From assembly GCF_003339845.1 (NCBI RefSeq), contig NZ_PPTR01000004.1, positions 167,719-231,718 on the forward strand: DNA of 64,000 nt, given 5' to 3'. Positions 53,398 to 63,577 of the stretch are shown here, piece after piece. Origin of the DNA: Gordonibacter sp. 28C. Lineage in GTDB: Bacteria > Actinomycetota > Coriobacteriia > Coriobacteriales > Eggerthellaceae. How positions within the stretch are numbered: the stretch's first letter is position 1; each line of letters begins with the position of its first letter. The position numbers and the translations under genes were made by a program. Under the pieces are notes generated by a model. That model made no database searches, was not told where the DNA came from, and saw only the letters and a list, made by a program, of their open reading frames with translations.

Positions 53398-54795
53398 TTA
53401 GAATCCGCCGAACATCCTGCCCCGCTCGGCTGCGACGTCGTTCACCGTTGCGATTTGACGGGTGGTTTGATACTGGACGGCCTCGATGAATCTCTCGTCA
53501 AGATAGGGGTTGAGCGACAGCACCGACGCAATATCGTCTTCGAATCCCTGCAAAAGCGAGGGATCGTACCAAGAAAGGTCTTCGACCAGCGATAGCTGTT
53601 GGGACGGGTACGGCCGGAAGGGGTGCGATTCCCAAAGATAGCGCCCCACCTCCAGCTCACCGATCGTCGCTCGGCTGTAGAAACCGCAACCGTTGTCGAA
53701 CAGCGGCGCAACCCGATAGCCGTCGAGCGTTTCCACGTTGCGCATCAACCCGAAATTATAAGTATGTCGGTCAAAGTTAGCCATGAGGAAATCGACGACG
53801 ATCATCTTGTCCACCGCCTCGACGATTCCGAGAACGCCCAGCTCGCGCCCCGCTTCAAGATACCCTCGATGCGGATCCCGGCCTTCCGTGATGCCGAAGG
53901 CGGTAAGGACGTCCGCCGCCGGAATAAGCTCGGTGCCGGAAGACGCCATGGTTGGGCACGACGAATAGGCGCGGCCGCGCCATTCGATCAGGTCGTAGGA
54001 AACGAACTCGTCCTTCGCCAAGAGCCTGCCAAGCAGTTTCGTTGCGAGCAATTCGTTGTACGGCTCGCGATTCTCGTTGCTCGAGCCGCCTTTCACCAGG
54101 TAATCGACGCCGTTGCGCCTCATCCAGGTCTTGGCCAGCATGCCTGGCGTTGCCGTGTCGGGCGTATGAGCCGGCTTCGCCAAACGCTTCGCCGAAGCGC
54201 CTGCAAGCAGGGTCTCGCCCAGATCCTCTTGGTAGCCGTTTTCGAAGTAGTTCACGTCGTGCCACCGAAGGTCCGACCCAGCCGGCTTGAACCAGTACTG
54301 GTCCGACAAGTTCAATCCCCACGATGCGAACATCAGGTCGGCTGCATGCTGTGCGACCGCCTCCCGCAGCACCGGCGCCAAGTTGGGGCGAAGGTCGGGA
54401 ATCGCTCGGGCGGCTATCCAAGCCGCCAGATCGTAGCGGTTGGGATCGCGCTCTCGCAGACCGACGCCCAAGGGCTTCCAAGCGATCCCGTCCAGCGGCT
54501 CCACATCGGTGGTTTCCCGCGTGCGGCGATTGTAGGTGAAGCCGAGCACCGGATGATCGCGGTTCATGAGCGTGTACGATTCAAGATTGCCAGGGTTCTT
54601 CTCGCCCATCTTCAACCGGCCGGCCGGGCGATTGAGCGCGGCCCGCTCGGCCACCGAGCGCTCGTCCACCATCCACGCGCGACCGAACCGCTCGGCCTGC
54701 AACTCGCCCGCGTTGATGAGCGCATTCACGCGTCGGACGCTTACGCCCAGCTTCTCGGCGGTCTCCTTGGTGGTGTACACGGCGCCTCCCTGCAC
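53398..54795 (-). CDS. HipA-like Ser/Thr kinase with fused N-terminal HTH
   Basis: N-terminal HTH (TTKETAEKLGVSVRRVNALINAGEL). C-terminal HipA catalytic motif ANFDRHTYNFGL…DNGCGF. Confidence 0.8.
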   Translation of the reverse strand: MQGGAVYTTKETAEKLGVSVRRVNALINAGELQAERFGRAWMVDERSVAERAALNRPAGRLKMGEKNPGNLESYTLMNRDHPVLGFTYNRRTRETTDVEPLDGIAWKPLGVGLRERDPNRYDLAAWIAARAIPDLRPNLAPVLREAVAQHAADLMFASWGLNLSDQYWFKPAGSDLRWHDVNYFENGYQEDLGETLLAGASAKRLAKPAHTPDTATPGMLAKTWMRRNGVDYLVKGGSSNENREPYNELLATKLLGRLLAKDEFVSYDLIEWRGRAYSSCPTMASSGTELIPAADVLTAFGITEGRDPHRGYLEAGRELGVLGIVEAVDKMIVVDFLMANFDRHTYNFGLMRNVETLDGYRVAPLFDNGCGFYSRATIGELEVGRYLWESHPFRPYPSQQLSLVEDLSWYDPSLLQGFEDDIASVLSLNPYLDERFIEAVQYQTTRQIATVNDVAAERGRMFGGF

Positions 54796-55103
54796 TCGTC
54801 CGTATTTTCAGCCGCATTCAGCAACATTCTCTTCTGCCGCATCGCTTCTTCAATTATACCAAGTGTGGAATATTTAGCTTCTATAGATTACAAATTAAAT
54901 ATTCCAAATATGGAACATTTAAAAAGATAGCCATGATCCAGCACGCAAGCGGTCTCTACCCGATGCATGCCCGTGATGGCTTTCGGCTGTTTTACATCGC
55001 GTGCGTATTTTAGCCGATACCGGACAACACCCCAAAAAAGCAATGTTCAATGACCAGGCGATCGCTGCACCGTCGAAACTCCCCGCAGCTTCACGTCGCC
55101 CTG

Positions 55104-56016
55104 CTACTTCCCCGCCGTGCCGCCCAGCACGTCTTTCGCGTGGTCGCCCAGAACGTCGCCGAAGCCTTCGCTGAAGCTTGAGGGCACCACGACGGTGCCT
55201 CCCGTCTCGCGGACGCTCTCGTACAGCAGGTGCATGGCGCGCAGTCGCAGGGCGGCGTCATTTTTGGCGTAGGTGTCGCCCATGTCGTCCATCATCTCGC
55301 AGATGTCTTGCTCGGCCTCCATGAGGATGATGCGGGCCTTCTTGCGCTGCTCGGCCTGGGCTTCCAGCGACATGACCTCCTGCAACTCCTTCGGCAGCAG
55401 GATGTCGCGCACCTCCACCGAAAGCACGGTGATGCCCCAGGGCGCCACCTTCTCCTCCAGCGCGCGCTTGAGCTCGCGGTCGAGCTGCTCGCGGCGGATG
55501 GCCACCTCGGCGGCACCGGCGCGGCCGATGGCGTCGCGCAGGGCGGTCTGCGCGGCCAGCTCCACGGCGCGCGTGAAGTCGCCCACCTCGGTACAGGCGG
55601 CCTTCGCGTCCCACACGTGCCAGAACAGCACGGCGTTCACATCGAGCGGAACGAGGTCGGCCGTGAGCGTTTCCTCGGCGCCGAACGTGGTCACGCGCAC
55701 ACGGCCGTCCACGCGCATGGTGTTCTGCTCGATGACGGGAAGCGTCCAGAACAGGCCCGGGCCCGACACGCGGTTGAACTTGCCCAGGCGCAGCACGACC
55801 ACCTTCTCCCACTGCTGCGCGATGTGCACCGACATGGTGGCCAGCACCGCCAGAACGAGCGCGCAGACGATGCCCGCCACGCCGACGCCCCCGCCCAGCA
55901 CGCCCGCAACGGCGAGCACCGCGCAGAACGACACGACGAGCACGACCGCCGAGAACAGCAGCACGCCGGCGTTCGAGGCGCGTTCGCCCACGATCTCCGT
56001 GTTCGCGTCGGGCACC
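55104..56016 (-). CDS. SPFH/band-7 (stomatin/HflK-like) membrane protein; start uncertain
   Basis: N-terminal TM stretch, then an SPFH domain (VVVLRLGKFNRVSGPGLFWTLP…). The long N-terminal extension in the ORF track is implausible. Confidence 0.6.
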
Positions 56017-56122
56017 ACCTGGAAGGCCTTGCGCCTGCGCGCGGGCGCCGCCGCCTCGGCGCGGCCGAACGCCGCCGCGTTCGACGAAACGTCCTGCGCG
56101 TCGAATCTTCTACCCACGGAAA

Positions 56123-56605
56123 TCACGCTCCCGTCTGCTTCGCGCGGCCCTTTGGGCTCACGTCTATCTCCACTATGCGGCCCCTGCCGCCCGCTTCGCC
56201 ATCGGACGCCGAGCCTTCTCCGGCGTCGCGCTTCAGCTGCTTGATCTTGCGCGTCATGCAGTTTTGGATGTCGTCGAGCGTGAGGCCCAGGTCGCGGCAC
56301 GACGCCACGCAGTCGTCGAGGATGCCGTCGATCTCCTGGGCATGCTCCTCGCCCACGTCGGCGTCCAGATCGCGCACGAACACGCCGCGCCCGCGCGTCG
56401 ACTCCAAGTATCCGTCCGTCACCAGGCTCAGGTACGCTTTGTTCACCGTGTTGTAATTGATGGATATCTCCGAGGCCAGGCCGCGCACCGTGGGCAGCTG
56501 GTCGCCCGGCTTGAAGTAGCCGGAGTTTATCAGGTAGATCAGCCGTTGCCGCAGCTGCACCCAAAGGGGCACGTCGGTCGTGGTATCCACTTCGAACGGG
56601 AACAT
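56123..56605 (-). CDS. GntR-family (YtrA-like) transcriptional regulator
   Basis: Start MFPFEV after AGAGAAGGG. wHTH LPTVRGLASEISINYNTVNKAYLSLVTDGYLESTRGRGVFV. 160 aa. Confidence 0.8.
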   Translation of the reverse strand: MFPFEVDTTTDVPLWVQLRQRLIYLINSGYFKPGDQLPTVRGLASEISINYNTVNKAYLSLVTDGYLESTRGRGVFVRDLDADVGEEHAQEIDGILDDCVASCRDLGLTLDDIQNCMTRKIKQLKRDAGEGSASDGEAGGRGRIVEIDVSPKGRAKQTGA

Positions 56606-56622
56606 GAGCCTCAAACCCTTCT

Positions 56623-57612
56623 CTACCCTACCGTCATCGCGAGCAGCGGATGCATGCCCGCCTCCACCACGCAGAACCGCATGGCGAACCCGCCTATCAG
56701 AATGCACGCCGACGCCACGATCGCAAGCGGTGGGCGCTCGCTGCGGGCGCTCGCCAGAACCGCATCGAGCACGAGCGGAACGGCGAGCCCCACCAGCACG
56801 AAACCGCCCCAGAACAGCCACGCCGCCTCGCCGGCCACCAGCGCTTCGGCCGACGCCGCCAGCGCCTGTGCCGTCTGGCCTGCCACGAAGTCGCCGCCGA
56901 TGCCGGCGAGCGCAAAACCTGCGAACACGGCCGCGACCGCCGCCTCCAGCACGATGACGACCGCATCGACCGCCGCCAAGCGGGCGAGCACCGTGGAGAA
57001 CGCATGGGCCGCGCCCGTGAACTGCGCCACGACCAGCACAAGCGCCGCGCCGCATGAAAGCGACGACAGAACGAACAGCACCGGCAGCCAGGGCGAGGCC
57101 CACAGAGGCACCGCGCTCAGGCTCTGCAGGAGCAACCCCGTGTACGCCATGACCACAAGGGTCACCGCCGCGAGCACCACCTCGAGCGCGCGCACCGCCC
57201 GCAAGCTCGCACGGCGCGTGAAACCGCCCCACGCGATTGCTGCGAGCGCGGCGAGCACCGCGCATGCGGCGAGCGACCAAGCGCCCACCGCCACGAACGA
57301 CAGCGTGGGATTCGCGAGCAGCAGCAGGACCCGGTCGGCGCGCCCCACATCGGCCAGCAAAAACACCATGCCCAGCCCAAGCGCCATCAGGGCCGTCGCG
57401 TAGCCGGGAGCCAGCAGCTTGCGGTACGGCTCGGGAACGCGCAGCACCACGCGCGGAGAGGCGACTCGGCGCGAAACGCTCATCCGCGTCCCGTCGATCG
57501 CGACCGCCACGCGCTCGCGCGGAGCCAGCAGGCCCAGCATCGCCAGCACCAGGCACGCCCCCGCGCCCGCACCGCCCAGGAAAAGGTAGCACACGATCAT
57601 CGGACCGAGCAT
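56623..57612 (-). CDS. polytopic membrane protein (possibly NrfD-like)
   Basis: Start MLGPMIVCYLFLGGAG after GAAAGGGAAGGGG. ~9 TM. Upstream of the gntR gene in an operon. Confidence 0.5.
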   Translation of the reverse strand: MLGPMIVCYLFLGGAGAGACLVLAMLGLLAPRERVAVAIDGTRMSVSRRVASPRVVLRVPEPYRKLLAPGYATALMALGLGMVFLLADVGRADRVLLLLANPTLSFVAVGAWSLAACAVLAALAAIAWGGFTRRASLRAVRALEVVLAAVTLVVMAYTGLLLQSLSAVPLWASPWLPVLFVLSSLSCGAALVLVVAQFTGAAHAFSTVLARLAAVDAVVIVLEAAVAAVFAGFALAGIGGDFVAGQTAQALAASAEALVAGEAAWLFWGGFVLVGLAVPLVLDAVLASARSERPPLAIVASACILIGGFAMRFCVVEAGMHPLLAMTVG

Positions 57613-58079
57613 CGAGCCACCCCTTCCCTTTCCGACCGGCGCTTGCACATGACAGGCGGACCCTACTCGCACTCGTCACGCGCTTCGCTCCGTGCGCCGC
57701 CATCGATGGCACGCGCAAATTATCATAAGACAATCACGGGGACATTGTATGACATTTCGTCGAGCCAAGCCAGACGCTGCAGCACGCGGGTTGCGAACAC
57801 TACGCGCAAAGGCCCGCTTTCACACCTCGCCGCCGAATCTTGCCACCACGACCCCACGCTCGGCCTGGAACAGACTGTGCCAAAAGAGCCGATTTTCGTT
57901 CTTGCATGGCAAGGGCTCCGGCCTTGCTGCTCAACGGGGAGCATTCCCGCAAGTCGTCGGCAAGGGCAGAGCCCTTGCCCTACACAGAACGGCCGCTGAG
58001 AGAGCACGTTACGACAACTTTTTGGTACAGCCTATTCCAAGCCGAACCTGAGCGTCGCCCAACCGCAGATGCGTCCGAC

Positions 58080-59378
58080 TTAGCTCCCGATACAGAACGC
58101 CGCATAGAGGGGCACGCTCTTGATGCCGTTCTCGAAACCGAACTGCTTCGTCGAGACTCGCAGCACATAAGGCGGCTGATACGCCTTGCGATACGCCTCC
58201 AAACTGCGCGCCGAAACATTTCCGCCTGACTTCACCTCGACCGGCGCCACATCGCCCTCGGACATCTGAACGACAAAGTCCACTTCCGCCCTGCTCGTCG
58301 TTCCCCAGTAGAACGGCTCGATGCCGTTGGCAACCATCTGCTGCATAACGTAGTTTTCGGCTATGCCGCCCCGAAAGCACGATCCCTTATCCGCGGCGGG
58401 TTCAAGGTCGGCGGCATCGACGCCGTACCGCGCTGCGAGCAAACCGACATCGAGCAGATACAGCTTGAAGAAATCCTGCTCCACGAAAGCCTTGAGTGGC
58501 TTTCGACCCTCGCTCACCCGATAGCAGAACGACACGAGTCCGGCGGCGTTGAGCCAGTTGATAGGGGCCTCGTACTGAAACGCCCGCGCCGAGGACGAGA
58601 TCGTGGCGTACTGAAACTTGTGGTTCTCCTTCGCAAGCTGCTCCGGAACGCTTCGCCATACGTTGAGTATCTTCGCGCTATCGAGTGGACTCGCGTATTT
58701 CGTCATATCGGCGATATAAGCGTCGGTGATGCCTAACTGGATGGATTGAATCTCGCTCGGGGAAGCACTTGACGAAGCGGCGTCAACTGCCTCGGGCATG
58801 CCGCCAACCAACAGGTAGCGACGGTAATGGCCCAGCGCGTAGTCATGCAACCCCATCGGACGGTCGGCCGCGTAAGCGGCGCGAATCAAATCGGCAAGCT
58901 GCTCCTCTTGGAACGCCCAGAGGAACTCCTCGAAATCGAGCGGATGCATGGTCAACGTATCAACTTTGCCAACCGGATACGAGTATTCCTCTCGCCCAAG
59001 GGCAACCCCCAGCAAGCTCCCCGCAGCAATGACGTGGTATTCGGGGGCACGCTCGAAAAAGTACTTCAAAGAGGTGAGCGCCCGGGGGCATGCCTGCACC
59101 TCATCGAAAAACAGCAACGTGCTCTCCGGATCGACGGACGTTTTCGTTATAACCTCAAGTTGCGGCAACAGCGCTTCCGGCGTGATGTCGCCTTCGAACA
59201 ATGCACATGCGTTTTTCTGTGCCGAGAAATCGACATAGAGCAGATTGCGGTATTGTTTTTGCGCAAAATCAAGAATCGAATAGGTTTTTCCCACTTGGCG
59301 GGCGCCGTTCAGCACAAGCGGCTTGCGAACGCGCGAGTTTTTCCACACGAGAAGCGCCTCTTCGATTTTTCGCCTCAT
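58080..59378 (-). CDS. AAA-family ATPase (COG1373/DUF4143-type)
   Basis: Walker A GARQVGKT. DUF4143-like C-terminus. Confidence 0.85.
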   Translation of the reverse strand: MRRKIEEALLVWKNSRVRKPLVLNGARQVGKTYSILDFAQKQYRNLLYVDFSAQKNACALFEGDITPEALLPQLEVITKTSVDPESTLLFFDEVQACPRALTSLKYFFERAPEYHVIAAGSLLGVALGREEYSYPVGKVDTLTMHPLDFEEFLWAFQEEQLADLIRAAYAADRPMGLHDYALGHYRRYLLVGGMPEAVDAASSSASPSEIQSIQLGITDAYIADMTKYASPLDSAKILNVWRSVPEQLAKENHKFQYATISSSARAFQYEAPINWLNAAGLVSFCYRVSEGRKPLKAFVEQDFFKLYLLDVGLLAARYGVDAADLEPAADKGSCFRGGIAENYVMQQMVANGIEPFYWGTTSRAEVDFVVQMSEGDVAPVEVKSGGNVSARSLEAYRKAYQPPYVLRVSTKQFGFENGIKSVPLYAAFCIGS

Positions 59379-59411
59379 GACGGAGCCTCTTTCTGCTTTG
59401 GCTATTAAATT

Positions 59412-59473
59412 GAAATTCCGTTAAAAGTGTAACGAAATTTCAGGAAATTCCGTTAAAAGTGTAACGAAATTTC
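59412..59473. repeat. two tandem 30-bp direct repeats GAAATTCCGTTAAAAGTGTAACGAAATTTC in divergent promoter region
   Basis: Exact copies separated by AG. Each is flanked by the short IR GAAATT/AATTTC. Confidence 0.85.
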
Positions 59474-59619
59474 TATTTCAAGTAAAGCAGGCTGGCGAGA
59501 CGCATCTCATGCGGAGACCTTGCGGTGGGTGAATTGCGGGACGGTGGCGGTTTGGGCGTTTCCGGGGCGCGCACGCTACACTGGCCGGAAACCGACGAAC
59601 CCATGAGGAAGGAGGACGC

Positions 59620-60003
59620 ATGGAGTCCACCGTTTTCAGGAAGATGCGCCTGCAAGAGGGCGCGCGGGGCATCGCGTTGAACGCCCCACCCGAGTTTCAG
59701 GAAATGGCGGCGAGCCAGCGGCTGGTCGCGTTCCCCAACAGCGGGCCGTACGACTTCGCACTGGTGTTCGCCGCAAGCATCGAAGAGTACCGGTCGCGCG
59801 CCGCACAGGCGCGCGAAGCGCTTTCGCAGCAAGGAAGGCTGTGGGTCGCCTTTCCCCGGCCGCGCGGCGTGCAACCGCGCACGTTCGGCTGGCATGCGCT
59901 CTGGTTAACGGCCCGCCGCGAGGGACTCGAGGAGATGAGAGGCATCCCATTCGACGATGCGTGGGCCGTGGCCTGCTTCAGGCAGGCCACGGAGAAATGC
60001 TGA
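59620..60003 (+). CDS. hypothetical protein (127 aa)
   Basis: Excellent GAGGAAGGAGG RBS. Confidence 0.65.
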   Translation: MESTVFRKMRLQEGARGIALNAPPEFQEMAASQRLVAFPNSGPYDFALVFAASIEEYRSRAAQAREALSQQGRLWVAFPRPRGVQPRTFGWHALWLTARREGLEEMRGIPFDDAWAVACFRQATEKC

Positions 60004-60023
60004 ACCCTGGTGCTAGCGCGGCA

Positions 60024-60761
60024 TCAACTGACGAACGCCCCCAGCAGCTGCGCGGCCGCGCGGTAGAACGGCTCGCGGGACTCGGCGGCGAGGCGCTCGG
60101 CGAAGCGGGGCATCCAGGCGCGGGCGTGGTCGTCCAGGAAGGACGCGTAGGCCGCGGCCGGGGAGCCGCCGGGCAGGGCGCCGGGATCGAGGCCCCCGGG
60201 CGGCTCGGCCAGGCCCGCCTCCAGCATGGCCAGGTGCTGCAAAAGCTCGCACTCGGTGGCGGCGTGGTCCAAGGGCTCGTTCGTGCCCTCGGGGCGGCCC
60301 AGGCCGCAGGAGCGCATGAAGCGCTCCACCTCCATGGAGTGCGGGTTCACGAACAGGAGCGCCTGCACGCCGTCGTCGGCCGCGCGCCAGACCCCCTCGT
60401 AGGGGCTGCAGGCCGCGTCGGGCGCGCCCACGAACAGGCGCGTTGCCTCCGCGCGCAGCGCGTGAAGAAGCTCGTCGGCCGGGCGGTCGTCGGCGCCTCC
60501 GCGCCGCAGGGGATCCTTCGACTCCGCGCCTGCGGCGCTGCACTCAGGATGACAAGGGGCGGGCGCCTCTGCGAAATGTCCTAATTGGGGACTGTCCCCT
60601 TTTAGGACATTCGCCACCTCGGCGGCGGCGTCGGCCCACTCGCCGCCCGCCACGGCGTCGGCCAGCTCCGCGTCGGGGTAGCGCAGCGAGAACGCCAGCA
60701 GCTCCCACATGGCGGCACGGGCCTGCCATACCCCCTGCTCGTCAATCGAGTTCGTCTGCAT
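60024..60761 (-). CDS. TorD/DmsD-family chaperone (second copy)
   Basis: Start MQTNSIDEQG after AAGAAGGGAAAGGA. TorD-like (EATRLFVG…PYEGVW…ECELLQHLA). Confidence 0.75.
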   Translation of the reverse strand: MQTNSIDEQGVWQARAAMWELLAFSLRYPDAELADAVAGGEWADAAAEVANVLKGDSPQLGHFAEAPAPCHPECSAAGAESKDPLRRGGADDRPADELLHALRAEATRLFVGAPDAACSPYEGVWRAADDGVQALLFVNPHSMEVERFMRSCGLGRPEGTNEPLDHAATECELLQHLAMLEAGLAEPPGGLDPGALPGGSPAAAYASFLDDHARAWMPRFAERLAAESREPFYRAAAQLLGAFVS

Positions 60762-61203
60762 GTTCCGCGTCCTTTCCCTTCTTGGCAAACCGTATGAACC
60801 ACCGAGCGTGGACCACCACGTGCACCAGCAGCAAAGCCAGCAGCACCTTGGCCGAGATCGCATGCAACGGATCCCAGAAATAATAACCTTGCGCATAATA
60901 TCCCAAAGCGGGCAGAACCGCGCCAGACACCAGAACGCCCGACACGACGCACACCATGAAAGCCACGACGATGCATACGTCCAGCACCAGATTCCCCACG
61001 CGGCTCCACGACGGACTGCGCAACGCCGAACGCACCGTGTCGGCAACCCAGTCGACATGCGCGGCCACATGCACTAGAAACACGAGCACCAGACCAAGAC
61101 CTGCCCATTCGTGCAGCGCGACGCCCGTTATAGCAGGATTAGCCACAATCGCATACACCGCCAGCGCCACCACGTCGACGATCAGGTTCTTCTTCGGGTC
61201 CAC
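60742..61203 (-). CDS. small 4-TM membrane protein (DUF4405-like)
   Basis: 4 TM helices with conserved His. Overlaps the torD-like start. Confidence 0.6.
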   Translation of the reverse strand: MDPKKNLIVDVVALAVYAIVANPAITGVALHEWAGLGLVLVFLVHVAAHVDWVADTVRSALRSPSWSRVGNLVLDVCIVVAFMVCVVSGVLVSGAVLPALGYYAQGYYFWDPLHAISAKVLLALLLVHVVVHARWFIRFAKKGKDAEHADELD

Positions 61204-61215
61204 AGCTCCTCCCCT

Positions 61216-61581
61216 CTACATCTTCCGAACGAGCAGCACCAGGCCCACCACCAGCACGACCGGAGCGAGCACCCAGAGGTTCAGGCTGGCATCGGATGCC
61301 TGGTAGTAGCGCGTCGACAGTGTGTCCCACGCATGGCAGTCGACCGACGAGCAACTCGCCTTGGGACACGACAGCTCGTGAACGCCGTCGGGCTCGGGCA
61401 CGTTGTCGAAACCGTGGCACTCCCCCGAGGCGCACCTGACAGCCGGGCACGGGGAATCGGCGACGATTGGTTGCGGCAATCCCACCGCAGGATCGGATGC
61501 GATCCCTGCAGCGAACGTACAAGCGCCCACCAGCAGGAAGGCCGCCAGCGTTACCAGGAGTTTCCTTACCATGGTCACCAT
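61216..61581 (-). CDS. Cys-rich signal-peptide protein with C-terminal TM and two C-x4-C-H motifs (possible variant haem-c sites)
   Basis: CASGECH and CSSVDCH, plus additional Cys pairs. N-terminal signal peptide. C-terminal LWVLAPVVLVVGLVLLV. Confidence 0.5.
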   Translation of the reverse strand: MVTMVRKLLVTLAAFLLVGACTFAAGIASDPAVGLPQPIVADSPCPAVRCASGECHGFDNVPEPDGVHELSCPKASCSSVDCHAWDTLSTRYYQASDASLNLWVLAPVVLVVGLVLLVRKM

Positions 61582-61702
61582 CGCCCTTCGAGACGGGAGC
61601 GCCCGCGGTGCAAGGCCAGACGAGCGGGCAAGCGGGCGCTCCGTCGAACAACGGAGCCGCGCCGGGCGGGGAGGGGTGGCCCGGCGCGCTCCGACCGAAC
61701 GG

Positions 61703-62929
61703 TTAGCGGGACTTCTCGACCGGTTTGAGCGGCAGGAACTTCAGACCCAGCAGGAGCAGCAGGGCGCCCAGGCCGACCACGCCCAGCATCACGCCGAACT
61801 CGAGCGGCGTCGGCCAGTACACCATCCCCTGGTAGGCGCCGGCCATGCCGCCCGCCCAATTTGTCGCCAAATACTGCGTCGTCACGCCGGGGTAGTCGAT
61901 GTTCGGAATCTGGAAGCCGCCCACGAGCAGCTGCACGCGCTTGCAGAAGATACCGGCAATGGCCAGCAACGCGCCGACGACGATCAACGGGTTCGTGCGC
62001 AGCTTCGGCACGAAGCACACCACGGCGCACAGGGCGCAGCCGACGATCTCGGTCCAGAAGAACGGCGCGAGGGGCCCGGACACCAGCATGGCCACGATCT
62101 CGGCGCCGGAGGCGCCGGGGAAGCCGGCCGTGAGCAGGTCGCAGCCGAAGAAGTACAGGTCGACGAGCACGAACGCGCCCAGCATCTTCGCCATCTTGAC
62201 GACGTTGGACTGGTCGAGCTGCAGGTAGCCCGCCTTTCGCAGCGCGATCACCACCACCAGCACGAGGGCCGTGCCGCAGACGAGGGCCGAGGACACGAAC
62301 CACGGGGCCAGCAGCGCCGTGTACCACATCTCGTGCCCCTGCTGCAGGCCGAAGATCCAAGCGGTGACGGAGTGCACGAGGATCGCGCACACGAGCGCGA
62401 CGACCGAGATGACGCGCAGGGACGTCGCCGACCCCTTGCCGCCTTCGAAGCGCAACGTGGCCCACAGGTACACGATGGACAGGACGAGGTACACCGCCAG
62501 CACGACGATGTCCCACATGAGGGGCGACCCCAGGTTGGAATAGGCGAACAGCTCCCACAGGCGCAAGGGCTGCCCGAGGTCGACCACGACGAACCCGATG
62601 GCCAGCACCGTGCAGCAGATGGACGTCCACACGGCCACCTTGCTGATGCCGCCGAAGCCCTTCATCCCGAAGGCGCGCGGCACCGACGAGATGATGAGGC
62701 CGCCGGCCGACAGGCCCACCAGGAACATGAACATGGTGATGTAGAGCCCCCAGGAGTCGAGGTTGCGCATCCCGGTCTGCACCAGGCCGCCGGAGAGCTG
62801 CACGCCCCACAGGACCAGGCCGCCCACCGTCAGAACAGCCGCGACGACGATGCCGATGTTCAATCCCCTGCCCCCGAATCTGGCAGCAGGAGCCTTGGCG
62901 GGCTTGGCCGCCGAAGTAGTCTCAGTCAT
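61703..62929 (-). CDS. NrfD/PsrC-family membrane subunit (second reductase cluster)
   Basis: Paralog of 48457..49680 with the same TM pattern. Confidence 0.85.
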   Translation of the reverse strand: MTETTSAAKPAKAPAARFGGRGLNIGIVVAAVLTVGGLVLWGVQLSGGLVQTGMRNLDSWGLYITMFMFLVGLSAGGLIISSVPRAFGMKGFGGISKVAVWTSICCTVLAIGFVVVDLGQPLRLWELFAYSNLGSPLMWDIVVLAVYLVLSIVYLWATLRFEGGKGSATSLRVISVVALVCAILVHSVTAWIFGLQQGHEMWYTALLAPWFVSSALVCGTALVLVVVIALRKAGYLQLDQSNVVKMAKMLGAFVLVDLYFFGCDLLTAGFPGASGAEIVAMLVSGPLAPFFWTEIVGCALCAVVCFVPKLRTNPLIVVGALLAIAGIFCKRVQLLVGGFQIPNIDYPGVTTQYLATNWAGGMAGAYQGMVYWPTPLEFGVMLGVVGLGALLLLLGLKFLPLKPVEKSR

Positions 62930-62947
62930 TATCGTTCCCCTTTCGCC

Positions 62948-63577
62948 CTACAAGAGATAATAAACAGATGGGTTGGTTCCTCGGTCGGGAAGCAGTTGTT
63001 CGTGAGAGCGAGTTGCCAACAATTTAGAGACATCGGATGCTGGATCGTTGAGGTCACCCCAAGTGCGCGCAAATGCCGGACAAGCACTTATGCATTCAGG
63101 TTCTTCGCCTTTCGCCAGCTTATGCCAACACATCGTGCACTTCTCAACCACATGTTTCTGATGCGGTGGCACATCCGCATCGCCCACTGAGAACTCAACC
63201 GAGTATTTTGGTTCCTCCCAGTTGAATGAGCGCACTCCCGTGTAGGGGCAGGCGGCCATGCACATGCGGCAGCCGATGCACTTATCATAGTCCTGTCGAA
63301 CCACGCCGGTTTCAGGATCCTTGTAGGTAGCACCCACAGGACATACTTTGACACAGGCGGGGTTTTCGCAATGCTGGCAGGAAATGGTGTAGTACTTCTT
63401 ATGGTTGTTTGGGAATTGGCCAGAAGGAGTATCCATGTCGGTTCCACCATCGGTGACAACACGATTCCACCAAATTCCCTTTGATAGGTTGTTTTCACAC
63501 TTGCATGCCACCGCACACGTGTGGCAACCGACGCACCGCTTAGTGTCTATGACTATGCCGTACCTGATATTAGGCAT
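62948..63577 (-). CDS. 4Fe-4S ferredoxin-type subunit (second cluster)
   Basis: Four Cys clusters. Paralog of 49697..50323. Confidence 0.9.
   Translation of the reverse strand: MPNIRYGIVIDTKRCVGCHTCAVACKCENNLSKGIWWNRVVTDGGTDMDTPSGQFPNNHKKYYTISCQHCENPACVKVCPVGATYKDPETGVVRQDYDKCIGCRMCMAACPYTGVRSFNWEEPKYSVEFSVGDADVPPHQKHVVEKCTMCWHKLAKGEEPECISACPAFARTWGDLNDPASDVSKLLATRSHEQLLPDRGTNPSVYYLL

Noticed and set aside
56123-57733. 536-aa fused ORF spanning the membrane protein and regulator region
   Set aside because: Only the last 160 codons (GntR wHTH, RBS-supported ATG at 56605) are protein-like. The remainder is Arg/Gly noise overlapping the real membrane-protein gene in another frame.
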